This document shows, in pieces, positions 1 to 12,700 of a DNA stretch of 64,000 nucleotides. Numbering within the stretch: position 1 is the first letter of the stretch; the number at the start of each line of letters is the position of its first letter. The notes under the pieces are model-generated. The model was not told the origin of the DNA. It saw nothing but the letters and a program-made list of their open reading frames with translations, and did not search any database. The stretch lies in contig NC_090417.1 in the NCBI RefSeq assembly GCF_036365525.1, positions 186,001 through 250,000 of the forward strand, given 5' to 3'. The translations under genes were made by a program, and so were the position numbers. The DNA comes from Heterodontus francisci. Taxonomy: Eukaryota.

Positions 1-909
1 AGAGGTGCCCTGAATTACAAGTCAAATCTTCTCTTTGGATAAATATCCAATTCCCATAGAAAGCCACGATTAAATCTGCCTCCACCACACTCCCAGTTTT
101 AATGGGGATTCCCGGCGGCGAGCTGCGGTGATGTCATCAAGCTGTCCAAGCAGCCAATCACATTCAAGAATTCTCACAGGCAGCCAACCAGGAAAAGGAA
201 AGCACTAAAAGGTCGTACCACTTTGAAAAAAAAATATTACAGGGTGAAATAAAGATGGGGACATACACATTGGGTTAAGGTAGAAGCTGAAATATCAGTG
301 ATAAACTTTAAATTCCTTGTAATTTAAAAAAAAAAGTCTAGCATTTAAATCATAATGAAGGCATTTAACAACATTCCACAAATTCTAATTTAATTTTTCA
401 GGGCCAGATCAGTTGTGCAGCTGCAGTTATTATTCAGACTGCTAAAAACCCAGCTACACCTCGTAGTACAAGGCTCAACATTTTACAGGGCTGCTAACAG
501 TTTTAACAGCAATCGGAGATCGGAAAAGGGGAACGCCTCACCAAATCAACTGGATTAACTGATTGCCGGCTCTGGGAAGGTTGAGTGGGGGGGGGGGGGC
601 GGGTGGGGGAAGAGATGGGTCCACAGCACAGCCTGTGGTGTAGCAGTTGCTGATAGACTGCAACCTCAGGATTTGTGTGTTAACCTGGGTTTGTCCTAAA
701 TCCTGAAGTTCCAGTCAGATTCAGATGGCTAACGATGACAAACGGCCGCAGATTTCAGACCACTAACTGCGCTTGTCACCATTCTTTCAAACGGCTATTT
801 AGGAAAACTGAAGGACAGCCATTTCCAAGCGTAGAGTTGAACGACCAAACTAAATTTTGAGAGCGTGCTACTTGGAAACCCCCTTTATGACTGCGCCAAA
901 TATCCTTAC

Positions 910-1068
910 CTCTGCACCACTGAGAACGGCCTGCTCAAAAAGAGCGATGACCGCCTCCATTGGGCCAGTTAACTCCAGCAGGCGGGCTCGGCAGGTCCAG
1001 TACTTAGCAAACTTGTCACCTTCTGGAACGCTCTGCAGTGCTGCAGTCACCTGTTCCGGAGGGAAACC
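910..1068 (-). CDS. CKAP2L: CKAP2L coding exon 6 (CKAP2 C-terminal domain); gene continues beyond window start
   Basis: cttcag|GGT...GAG|gtaagg boundaries, 159 nt, phase 0/0; GFPPEQVTAALQSVPEGDKFAKYWTCRARLLELTGPMEAVIALFEQAVLSGAE resembles CKAP2L 'IPEAEKFAKFWICKAKLL...LYEEAIKNGA'. Confidence 0.9.
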
Positions 1069-1539
1069 CTGAAGCGATACAAAGAAAACTATATTTTAAA
1101 AAAAAACTTCCCCAGGCGGGCAGGGTGGAAGATCAGACATGAACAGAACAGTTTTGCAAGGACTGAGCTAGTTTACACAAGCGAAGCAACATGCAATAGC
1201 CGTTTCAGTCCTGGACCGCAGTGAAGCAACAGTTCAGATGCGAGTCTTCCTGAAGGAGCTGAATAGATTGCCAGCCGGGAGGTCACTGGAAAATTAATTG
1301 CTTCCAGTTGTCGGAAGTCATAGCTGACGTTCAAGATTTCACCCCCTCACAACATTTCCCGAGCAATTCCGAGTTGCATTCGCTGTATAATTCAGCAGGT
1401 TTCAAAGGGGGCTGCCAACAATAACCAAAGGATGTGTCTTTACGCAAATTTGCTTCTGTCTCAAATTAATTTTGAAATCCACTGAATGTCTCAAGCATTC
1501 AATTTAGCTAATAGCGAGTAACTGACCTTCATTACTCAT

Positions 1540-1765
1540 ACAGGCACAAGAACTGCAGTCAATGTCACTGGACCCCTCCAGTGGAGTTGCAACCTGCTGC
1601 CTGGATCTTAACCACTCACTGCATGAAAAACGTTTTTCGTGTCGCCTCTGGGTCTTGCGCCAATCGTCTTACGTTGGCGTCCTCGGCTCTCGGCCCGCCT
1701 GCCAAAGGCGGCAGTTTCTCCCCATCTACTCTGTCCAGACTCCCCATGATTTCGAACACCTCTGA
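1540..1765 (-). mobile_element. Old CR1 LINE 3' fragment
   Basis: EVFEIMGSLDRVDGEKL...TFFMQ*VV resembles the CR1 ORF2 C-terminus. Confidence 0.6.
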
Positions 1766-4700
1766 AAAATCCCCTGCACGGAGAGCGACGGGAGTTTGGG
1801 AAGTGAGTGAATTTTAAGGGTTAATCTCTCAAGACTAGTTTTTGTTTTGTTTACATCGAGCAATTGATTGATATTGCTGTTTCAGTGAAGAGGTAAGTTC
1901 AGTTTCTTGCAGCTTTAAACAGGGGGTATTACTAACACTCGGAGTAGCTGTAGCTAGTTAATTAGGTAGGTAGCTAGCTTAAACTGGTTTCTGAGCTGCA
2001 GCAGAGCTCTAGCAGACACAGCATTGTTTTCAGAGTATAAATTCATGGGACTCTCAGTGCTACTTGTCTGCATTGAGTGCTGCTGGAGGGCACAGAGTGT
2101 TAAGGGAGTTTGGTAATTGAGAGAGTTCGGTAAGGAGGGGAACTATAAATTAAGAAAATAAAAGTGTAAAGTGGGAGTCTGGAGCGTGTGGGAGGGGCTC
2201 CTTTCTTTCAGCCTCCAGTAGCTGCCTCTCTCTGCGGTACAAGGGAAGAAGTTGAGTGGTGAGTAACTGGTAAGTTATTTTACTCCTCATTGTAATCAGA
2301 AGTTTTTCAAGTTATGTTATGGCAGGACGGCTCGGCCAAGTGGAATATACGTCCTGCGGTACGTGGGAAGTCATGGACGCACCAAGCGTCCTAGACGAAC
2401 ACATCTGCAGGAAGTGTCACAGGCTGCAGAAGCTTGAGCTTCATGGATAGCACATTTAGGGAGGTGGTCACACTGCAGGTTAGGAGCATGCAGGCAGAGA
2501 GGGAATGGGTGACCGCCAGGCAGTCTAAGAGAACCAGACAGGCAATGCAGCAGTCCCCTGTGTCTATCTTGCTTGCTAATTGGTTTTCCATTTTGGATGC
2601 TGGTGAGAGCGATGGTTCCTCGGGGGAGTGCAGCCAGACCAAGGTCTGTGGCACCATGGATGGCTCAGCTGCACAGGAAGGGAGGAAGAAGAGTGGAAGA
2701 GCAAGTGATAGAGGATTCGATAGGGGATCAGACAGGCGTTTCTGCGGCAGTAAACCTAACTCCAGAACGGTATGTTGCTTCCCTGGTGCCAGGGTCAAGG
2801 ATGTCACAGAGCGGTTGCAGGACATCCTTCTGCGGGAGGGTGAACAGCCAGAGGTCATGGTCTCCATTGGTAGCAATGACATAGATAGGAAGAGGGTTGA
2901 GGTCCTGAAATAAGATTTTAGGGAGTTAGAAAGGAAATTAAAAAGCAGGACCTCCAAAGCAGTAATCTCAGGATTACCCCCAGTGCCATGTGCTAGTGAG
3001 CATAGGAATAGGAGGACTGATCGATTGAACATGTGGTTGGAGAATTGGTGTAGGAGGGAGGGCATCAGATTTCTGAGACATTGGGATCGGTTCCGGAGCA
3101 GATGGGACCTGTACAAAATGGATGGGCTATACCTTAAAAGGACCGGAACTAATATCCTCACAGGGAGATTTGCTAGTGCTATTGGGGAGGGTTTAAAGTA
3201 GCTTGTCAGGGGGATAGGAACCTGAGGGGTAGCTCAAATTGGAAGGAAGTAAAGCTGGTAACAGGAGGTAGAAAAGTAGTAAGTGACATTAGAAGGCAGG
3301 TGAAACAAAGGTGAGCATCAACTAGGCTTAGAATGCAGAATAATGTCAAGATGACAAGGTTAAGGGCACTCTACCTGAATGCATGCAGCATTCACAACAA
3401 CGTAGATGATTTAAGGGCCCAAATAGAGGTAAATGGGTATGATAACAGAAACGTGGCTACAGGGTGACCAAGACTGGGAAATGAATATTCAAGGATATTA
3501 GACATTTAGGAAGGACAGGCAAAAAGGAAAAGGTGGTGGTGTTGCGCTGATAATAAGGGGTGGGATTACATTAGTAAGGGAGGATCTCAGATCGGAAGAA
3601 CAAAATGTGGAATCTGTTTGGGTGGAGCTAAGAAACAGCAAGGGGCAGCAAACATTGGTAGGAGTTGTTTATAGGCCACCAAACAGTTGTGGTAGTGTGG
3701 GGCATGGTATTAATCAGGAGATTAGAGAAGCATGTGGCATGGGTAATACAGTAATCATGGATGACTTCAATCTGCATATAGACTGGGTAAACCTAATGAG
3801 GACAATGCTGTGGAGTTCAAATTTCTGGAGTGTGTTAGGGATGGTATCTAGAGCAGTACGTTGAGGAACAGACTAGAGAACAGGCTATTTTAGATCTAGT
3901 TTTATGCAATGAGAAAGGGCTAATTAATAATCTTGTTTTAAAAGAACCTTTAGGGATTAGTGATCATAACATGATATAATTTTATAGTATTTTTGAAAGT
4001 GAGGTAGTGCAGTCTGAAGCCAGCGTGTTAAATTTGAACAAAGGAAATTATGAAGGTATGAGGGGCAAATTGGCTGAGGCGGATTGGAAAAATGCATTAA
4101 AAGGTATGACAGTACAGAGGCAATGGTTAGTCTTTAAAGAAATATGAGAATTTACAGCAACTATACATTTCTTCAATGCACAAGAACTCCCAAAGTAAAG
4201 GCAGTCAACCGTGGATAACAAAGGAAGTTACGGATTGTATAAGATTAAAAGAAAAGGCCTATAAAATTGCCAGAAACAGCAGTAAACTGGAGGATTGGGA
4301 GGATTTTAAAAAACAGCAAAGGAGGACAAAGAAACTGATAAAGAAATGGAGAATAGAATATGAACCTAAACTAGCAAAACATACAAAAACAGACTGTAAA
4401 AGCTTCTACAGGTATGTAAAAAGGAAACGTTTGGCTAAGACAAATGTAGGCCCATTACAGGCAGAGTCAGGAGAATTTATAATGGGGAATGGAGAAATGG
4501 CAGAGAAGCTAAATGATGACTTTGTGTCTGTCTTCACTGAGAAAGATACAAGAAACTCCCAGAATCAGAGATCCAAGGGATTAGGGGGAATGAGGAATTG
4601 AAGGAAATTAGTATTAGTAAGAAGATTGTATTAGAGAAATTTATGGGGCTGAAGGTTGATAAGTCCCCAGGACCTGATATTCTACATCCCACTGTTGAAA

Positions 4701-5187
4701 GAGGTAGCTATGGAGATAGTGGTGATCATCTTCCAAAATTCTATAGCTACTGGAGCAGTTCCTCTAGCCTGGAATGTCGGAAATGTCACTCCACTATTTA
4801 AGAAGGGAGGGAGAGAGAAAACAGGGAATTACAGACCTGTTAGCCTTACATCAGTCGTTGGGAAAATGCTCGAATCTATTCTAAAGGACGTGATAAAGAC
4901 ACTTGGATAATGATGATCTTATTGGGCATGCTCAACATGGATTTATGAATTGGAAATCATCTTTGACAAAGCTGTTGGGAGTTTTTTGAGGAGGTTACTA
5001 ACAGAAATGATAAAAGGGAATTGGTGGACTTTGTATACTTGGATTCTCAGAAGGCTTTTGATAAAGTCCCCCACAGGAGGTTGGTTAGCAAAATTAAAGC
5101 ACATGGGATAGGAAGTAATATACTGGCATGGATTAAGGATTGGTTAACAGGCAGAAGGTAGAGAGTAGGAATAAACGGGTCATTCTC

Positions 5188-6656
5188 AAATGGGGGTAGC
5201 ATATTGGAATGGGTAGAAGATTGGCTAACTAACAGGAAACAGAGAGCAGGCATTAATGGGTCATTTTCTGGTTGGCAAGATGTAACAAGTGGTGTGCCAC
5301 AGGGATCTGTGCTGGAGCTTCAACTTTTTATAATTTATATAAATGACTTAGATGAAGGGACCAAAGGTATGGTTGCTAAATTTGCTGATGACACAAAGAT
5401 AGTTTATGTTTAGTTTAGTTTAGAGATACAGCACTGAAACAGGCCCTTCGGCCCACCGAGTCTGTGCCGACCATCAACCACCCATTTATACTAATCCTAC
5501 ACTAATTCCATATTCCTACTACATCCCCACCTGTCCCTATATTTCCCTACCACCGACCTATACTAGGGGCAATTGCTAATGGCCAATTTACCTATCAACC
5601 TGCAAGTCTTTGGCATGTGGGAGGAAACCGGAGCACCCGGAGAAAACCCACGCAGACACAGGGAGAACTTGCAAACTCCACACAGACAGTACCCAGAATT
5701 GAACCCGGGTCGCTGGAGCTGTGAGGCTGCGGTGCTAACCACTGCGCCACTGTGCCGCCCTAGGTCGGAAAGTAACTTGTGAAGAGGACATAAGGGGGCT
5801 ACAAAAGGACATAGATAGGTCAAGTGAGTGGCAAAAACTGGCAAAATGGAGTATAAATGTGGGAAAGTGTGAAATTGTCCACTTTGGTAGGAAGAATAAA
5901 AAAGCATATTATCTAAATGGTGAGAGATTGCAGAGCTCTGAGATGCAGAGGAATCTGGGTGTCCTAGTGCATGAATCGCAAAAGGCTAGTATGCAGGTTC
6001 AGCAAGTAATGAGGAAAGCTAATACAATGTAATCATTTATTGCGAGGGGAATTGAATACAAAAGTAGGGCGGTTATGCTTCAGTTATACAGGGCATTGGT
6101 GAGACCACATCTGGAGTACTGTCTACAGTACTGGTCTCCTTATTTAAGGAAGGATGTAAATGCATTGAAGGCAGTACAGAGAAGGTTTACTAGACGAATA
6201 CCTGGAATGGGCGGGCTGTCTTATGAGGAAAGATTGGACAGGCTAGGCTTGTATCTGCTGGAATTTAGAAAAGTTAGAGGAGACTTGATTGAAACATAAA
6301 AGATCCTGAGGGGTCTTGACAGGGTGGATGTGGAAAGGATGTTTCCCCGTGTGGGAGAATCTAGAACTAGGGGTCACCGTTTAAAAATAAGGGGTCGCCC
6401 ATTTAAGACAGAGATGAGGAGAAATTTTTTTCTCCCAGAGGGTTGAGTGTCTTTGGAATTCTCTTCCTCATAGGGCAGTGAAAACAGAGTCTTTGAATAT
6501 TTTTAAGGCAGAAGTAAATAGATCCTTGATAAGCAAGGTGGTGGAAGATTATCGGGGGTGGGTGGAAATGTGGAATAATCAGTTCAGCCATGAACTTATT
6601 GAATGGCAGAGCAGGCTCGAAGGGCCGAGTGGCCTACTCCTAATTCCTATGTTCGT
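5188..6656 (+). mobile_element. 5'-truncated CR1 inserted into the RT of the outer CR1
   Basis: Second [13 protein letters not shown] block with its own 3' tail; flanked by ATTCTC at 5182-5187 and 6657-6662. Confidence 0.8.
5403..5760 (-). mobile_element. HE1-like V-SINE (tRNA head, V core, CR1-type tail)
   Basis: A box TGGCGCAGTGG, B box GGTTCAATTCT, core GGGTTTTCTCCGGGTGCTCCGGTTTCCTCCCAC; near-identical to 28978-29320. Confidence 0.85.
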
Positions 6657-7825
6657 ATTCTCGCGTTGGCAGGCTGTGACTAGTGGGGTACCGCAGGGAT
6701 CAGTGCTTGGGCCCCAGCTGTTCACAATATATATCAATGATTTGGATGTGGGGACCAAATGTAATATTTCCAAGTTTGTGGATGACACAAAACTAGGTGG
6801 GAATGTGTGTTGTGAGGAAGATGCAAAGCAGCTTCAAGGGGATTTGGATAGAGTTAGTGAGTGGGCAAGAATGTGGCAGATGGAATATAATGTAGAAAAA
6901 TGTGAGGTTACCCACTTTGGTAGGAGGAACAGATGTGCAGAGTATTACTTAAATAGTAAGAGATTAGAAAGTGTGGATGTACAATGGGACCTGGGTGTCT
7001 TGGTCAATAATTCACTGAAAGCTAACATGAAAGGTGCAACAAGCAATTAGGAAGGCTAATGGTATGTTAGCCTTTATCGCAAGCAGATTTGAGTACAGGA
7101 GTAGTGAAGTCTTGCTTCAATTGTATAGAACCTTGGTTAGACCGCACCTGGAGTACTGTGTGCAGTATTGGTACCCTTACCTTAGGGAGGATATTACTGC
7201 CACAAAGGGAGTGCAACAAAGGTTCACCAGACTTGTTCCTGGGATGGCGGGACTGTCCTATGAAGAGAGATTGGGGAAACTGGGCCTGTATTCTCTACAG
7301 TTTCGAAGAATGAGAGGTGATCTCATTGAAACCTACAAAATGCTTAAAGGGATACACAGGGTAGATGCAGCTAAGATGTTTCTCCTGGTTGGGGAGTTTA
7401 GAACCAGGGGACATAAATTTCAAAATAACTGCCACTTAGGACCGAGATGAGGAGAAATTTCTTTACTCAGAGGGTTGAGACTCTTTGGAATTCTCTACCC
7501 CAGAGGGCTGTGGAAGCTCAGTCACTGAGTACGTTTAATACTCTAAATACCAATGACATAGGGGATATGAGGATAGTGTGGGGAAAAGACATTGAAGTGA
7601 ATGATCAGCCATGATCATATTGAATGGCGGGGCAGGCTCGATGGGCTGAATGGCCTACTCCTGCTCCTGTGTCCCCTCTCAACCCTCTCTGCATTAAATT
7701 TCACCTGCCACACGCCCACCCATTCCACCAGTTGACGTTCTCTTGAAGTCTATCACTATCCTACGCACAGTTCACAGTACTTCCAAGTTGACAGCAACAC
7801 CTCTTCCTACGGCAGTCCAGTGTAC

Positions 7826-8027
7826 CTTTTCCAGTAACGTCATGCAGTCATCCAACATTTGGTTCACCCGATTGGCCAGGCTCTTCTGCTCCTCCTCCTC
7901 AATCGCCTCCCAGAAAGAATGCTCCAAATTCTTCTTAACAGACTGCACGCTTCTCTTTAAAGGGGTCGGCATCGGAGGGCGCTTGTAGATCTTCCCTTTG
8001 GAAGCCAACCACTCTTCAAGTCGTTTC
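7826..8027 (-). CDS. CKAP2L: CKAP2L coding exon 5
   Basis: ttag|G...AAG|gtac boundaries, 202 nt, phase 2/0; (R)KRLEEWLASKGKIYKRPPM...SFWEAIEEEEQ matches the CKAP2_C 'LEEW..SKGK.YKRPP' motif. Confidence 0.92.
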
Positions 8028-8264
8028 CTAAGGCGAAAAATATGAATAGCACCATGAGAGAAAAAAAAAACAAAGAATTGCATTTATCGGCGATGACAAA
8101 CCCAGAGGACAGTGCACTAAATCCTCTGTACCACATTGAGAACATACAAAACAAATTATTAAGAGGATAAAAAGGAGGACATTCTTTAAAAGAAACCATT
8201 CTCGTACAAACAGCAAAGCTCCAGAATCAAACCCTTTTTCTGCAGTTAAAAAAAAACCTCTTAC

Positions 8265-9274
8265 CTCCTTTCATCTTTTCCTTTTACTGTTTTGCTCACA
8301 GTACTTTCACCTCCCCGACGTTTGGCAGTGCTCACTGCTGGTGCGGTCCATTTGCTCAGGCTCTTGACTGGTCCTTGAATTTCCTTTGCGTTTCTGGCAG
8401 GAGAACAGAAAGCTGGATATATTCGCTGAGCAGATCTCGTGAACGGTTTCCAAATTTTCACTGGCCTGCTTCCAGTGGAAATAGCTCCATTCTGGCCACT
8501 CTGCGAGTGTAACTCAGCACCAGGCTTGGCTTTGCCACTTGGCAGCGGGCTTGCAGGCTTGCTGAATCTCCTGCAGCCATCGTTCTTATCCATCTTTGCT
8601 CGGGTGGGCTGTTTTGAAACCATTGCCGTCCTTGCAGATTTGGTTGCACCTGGGGCTGTCTTGGCCGGGCCTGCAGGCTTGGCTGCGGCGGGCACCACCT
8701 TGGCCGGGCCTGCAGGCTTGGCTGCGGCGGGCACCACCTTGGCCGGGCCAGGCAGCACTTTGGCCCTGCCTGCCAGTTTGGCTGCACCAGGGGCTGCCTT
8801 GGCTGTTCTGCCGAGACCAACAGCCCATAACCGACGATCTGAAGCAATGTCCTTTGACCTGCCAACTTGTGTTTTGACTGTCTGTTCTCGAAGTGGTTTA
8901 ACTGAAGCTGTGCTGACAGAGTGCCCAGCAACTGGAGCCACCATATGATTACTCGTGTCCTGGTAACCAGATTTATGGAGATTATTAGCACATGCCGATT
9001 CAGAACGAGCTGTCTGACCAGCAACAGATTCAGTTTCTGCTGCATCGGACTGCACGGGAAATAAAGCAGGCGCCTTTTTGCGGTCTGCAATCCTTGCTTG
9101 GGGAAACGTGGAAGTAGCTTTGCTGAGAGTTCTCCGAGCGGCAGAGGTTTTCGTCTTGGGTCGAGCTGGGGACCGCGTAGCCGCTGATTTGACGCGGGTC
9201 GTCGGTTTTAGGTTTCCCGTGCCTTTGAGCGGAGGTGGTTTTGTCGTGCCTCCTCCACCTTTCAGGCCGCCTCC
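8265..9274 (-). CDS. CKAP2L: CKAP2L coding exon 4 (large basic, low-complexity exon)
   Basis: 1010-nt open exon, tttcag|GGA...AG|gtaa, phase 0/2, joins in frame to exons 3 and 5; K/R/P/S/T-rich like the CKAP2L central region. Confidence 0.88.
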
Positions 9275-9710
9275 CTGAAACAAACAAAATTAGAAAACGC
9301 TCATGGTGCTTTGGAAGCAAACTGAATCAGTGAATCAAGCCAAGTCGATTTTTCATTGCCTGTACCTCTGTACTTGAACTACAACCGCAGACGGTTAACC
9401 CGAAATACAAGTACATTCCTCTTGTTAAAAGGAAGCAGGGGAAAAAGAACACCTGAATTTGAGTCTTCGCCCTGCTCCTCCCCACCAGGTCTCCTTTTCC
9501 TTTCCGAGGTCCTACCTATGTCCAGCTCTCACACAGCTTCGCTCCAATCCCTCTACAGCCTCAGCCTGACCCCCCACCCATAATTAAGCCTCTCTGCCAT
9601 TAACAAAAAAATCCTCCTCAAAATACATCTTTCCCTTCCTGGTTCCGGCAGTTTTCCGCATGCCTGTCTTGTATTCCAAACAAGTTACAACTTGTATTTA
9701 TAAAACACAG

Positions 9711-12700
9711 TGTGGGCCTTGAAACATTGGTCGCGTATTGTTCCATACCCAGCATGCTCTAAGGCAGCTAAGATAGGCGCAGAACTTGCTGAGCTGAGCT
9801 TACAGACATGGCGAAACTTGTGGTTAAGGGCATTGATGGGGTAGATAGGAAGAAACTTTTTCCCTTAGCGGAGGGGTCAATTACCAGGGGGCATAGATTT
9901 AAGGTAAGGGGCAGGAGGTTTAGAGGGGATCCCAAGGACTCTTTAAGATGGCCCCAATGACGGGTCACGCCCCCAGTAGTAGCTGGCCAAGCTACTGGAA
10001 CTGTCAAATGCTCAACCATGGTGGTGTCAGGCCTCACAATGGGTGTGCAGGGGAAATTGGGATGAATTTGGATGACCTGTGGCGTAGGACCTTGTTTTTA
10101 TGGGACACTGGAGGATCCAGAACAGTGTTAAATCACCAAGGACCCCTTGACTCTCGCATGCTCCCATCAGAAAGAATTACACTCAGTAGATTTACCGGAG
10201 ATAGTAAGACAGGATATGGAACCAAACCCCTACATTTTACAATGGGCACGCAAACCTTTAGCCACCCCTGTATCTTATTGGACTGCAGAGGTGAAAATGA
10301 GGAAGGGAATATTATCGGGATTGATCCAATGAAACAGCAGGGACTATTCTTTGACCCAGTCAGCCATTGTGTCTGGACAGTGGGCGATAGTAGATATGAC
10401 GAAAATACCAGACTGGTGGTTCCTGCACAGAAAGAATCGGTGCCATGACCGAATTAGGGCCATCAGCCTCAGGAAATGACCCAAAGCGGACAAACGCAGA
10501 AACTGTTAGGGGAATATCAGGACGTGTGCACGAAGAAGCGCGATTGTGGTAGAATAAGCGGAGAGGGAGTGATTGAGGGACCCGACCCTAAGCCCCAGAA
10601 ACAGCACAGCTTCCCCAAGGAAGCCGAAGAGGAGGTAGGAATCAACAGCCTCCCACAACAGGGAGTGCTCGGACCAGCAGCCTCCGCCAACAATTCACCC
10701 TTGCGGCCAGTACGTAAGCCAGATGGATGGATCTTGGTGACTGGCAGTTGACTATCGGGAGCTATCATTAGTGCACAAGGCACCGAATTGGCAGCCGTAG
10801 CCGATGGAGTCTCACAACAGTTGTGTTGGTGACCTCAATTTGGAAGCGATGTGAAACATGATGTGGAAAATTGTCTAAATCTGCGCTCCAAATAACCCAG
10901 ACCAATATGCCCATCAAGCAGAACTGAGACATACCAGACCGGTGGAAAGTCCCTGCACCAACCTACAGATAAGACTATATCGGGCCGCAGCCACCTTGCG
11001 AGGGAGGTTTTAAATATATTTTAGTCATCACAGACACTTTAACCAAGTGGGTGGAAGCGTTCCTTAGCAGGACTAACACAGCTCAGAAATACTCCTATAT
11101 GTCTTTACCCGACGGGGACTGCCTCGGCGTATTGCGTCAACCCAAGGCTCACACTTCACAGCGGAAGAGATGTAGTCAGTTATGATGGTGCTTGGCAGAG
11201 ATCAAAAATTCCACACAGCCTAGCGCCCGCAGTCTAGCGGTGTTGCGGCAAGAATGAACAGAACAGGAAAACAGGCCAACAAAATAATTCGACTTGGCAC
11301 AACGTATTGCCTTGTGCACTAATGATAGTTGGGAACACAGTGTTGAGCTCCACCGGATACACCCACTACCAGCTCCGGACTGGAAGGGACAGGAGGGGAA
11401 TTGAAGGCCTCTTGGTCTAGACCTATCAGAAGTAGAAGCTGTGGCCCATGAAGAAGTATTTAAAGACCTGTTGAGCAATCTAAAAACAACTAAATTAGCA
11501 GCAGTGAACGTGCGGAAAAAGGACACTAGCCAGCAAAGCCCATTTCGATGGGAGAGTTAATTTGCGTGATCTAAACATTGGACAGCAAGTTATGGTCAGG
11601 GTACAACAAACAGGAACCACATGTTATTGGACACACTGGGTGGCAATGATGGCGGTCCCCCTCTGGGATAGCAACCACACAGTGGTTCAACCCTATAACC
11701 CCAAGGACGATGGTTACCCTGGGGACGGAGAGACAGGAGCCGAGGGTCCCCATGGGATGGACACACCCGACACCCAAGGGACCAACTATAACAGGAATCA
11801 GACTCAGATTCTGAGGATGGAGGGGGGCCAGGCCTCTCTGGTACTGGAACGCCGGTAGCCAACAACCCCCTAAGGTGCCTACAGTAGCGAGGACATTAGG
11901 AACCCCTGACACTAGACCCAAAACATTGACGCCAGCCAGCTCACCTCACTCTGGATTGCTCCAGATCTAGGACCACTTGACCCCCACTATCTACCAACCA
12001 TCCCCAGGCCCTGAGGGAGCCCGATTAAGGCGAAGGAGACCGGGTGATGATGATTACGATCGAGGGAATGGTCCAGAATAAGTATCAGACATTTAGTGCT
12101 TGTAAATAACAGCAGATATTATCTTGGTTGTGTATCGCAGGAGTGAATAATGTGCCAACGTGTGTTGCTGGCTATGTGTGCTTGCCATAGTTATTGTAAT
12201 GATAGTCACCTCGAGTCCAGAGACCCCGAGTGAAGTAAAAGACACGAACGAAGAAGCGGTAGAAAGGGCAAAGGAAGCAATAAAAAAGTGGAAACCGGGT
12301 AAACTGGCCAAAAATATTGTAGTACAAGGAGGGGAAACATGTGATCCAAACACGGGAACCATCAGCATCGCCGTCCGTAAGCAACCTACAAAGTTGCAGT
12401 GTACGACCACCTATGTTAAAGGACAATCCAGCTCAATATGGTTTCTCCATCAGGCACAGCCGGAGTTAGACCAAGCTTGGATGGTTCCAATATGGGGCAA
12501 GCCGAATGGATCATGGGTGAGGAGCCCGACTAACAGTAAGGAGCTTGTGTGCCACGAAACACGACTAAAGAACCATCAGTTCGGTGGGAACTGTACCCGA
12601 TAAGAGGGGTACGGGTGGGTGGCACTAGTACAGGAATGCTGTCCCCGACGCCAAGAAGGGATGGCGAAGTTGTATGTTTGGTAGCCGGACCCCGAGTCTG

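Larger units (their letters stand above)
1790..7672 (+). mobile_element. Near full-length degenerate CR1 LINE (esterase-type ORF1, APE endonuclease, RT) with nested insertions
   Basis: ORF1 'CCFPGARVKDV...IGSNDI...DGLYL'; APE 'VGVVYRPP...DFN'; RT 'NYRPVSLTSVVGK', '[11 protein letters not shown]', 'KFVDD'; stops and frameshifts; the 5' limit is approximate. Confidence 0.9.

Noticed and set aside
1526-1762. Possible extra CKAP2L exon with AG/GT boundaries
   Set aside because: Translates as a decayed CR1 C-terminus with a stop; the flanking exons already join in phase 0
8439-9090. Overlapping 169-aa (+) and 210-aa (-) ORFs
   Set aside because: Shadow frames of the GC-rich CKAP2L exon 4
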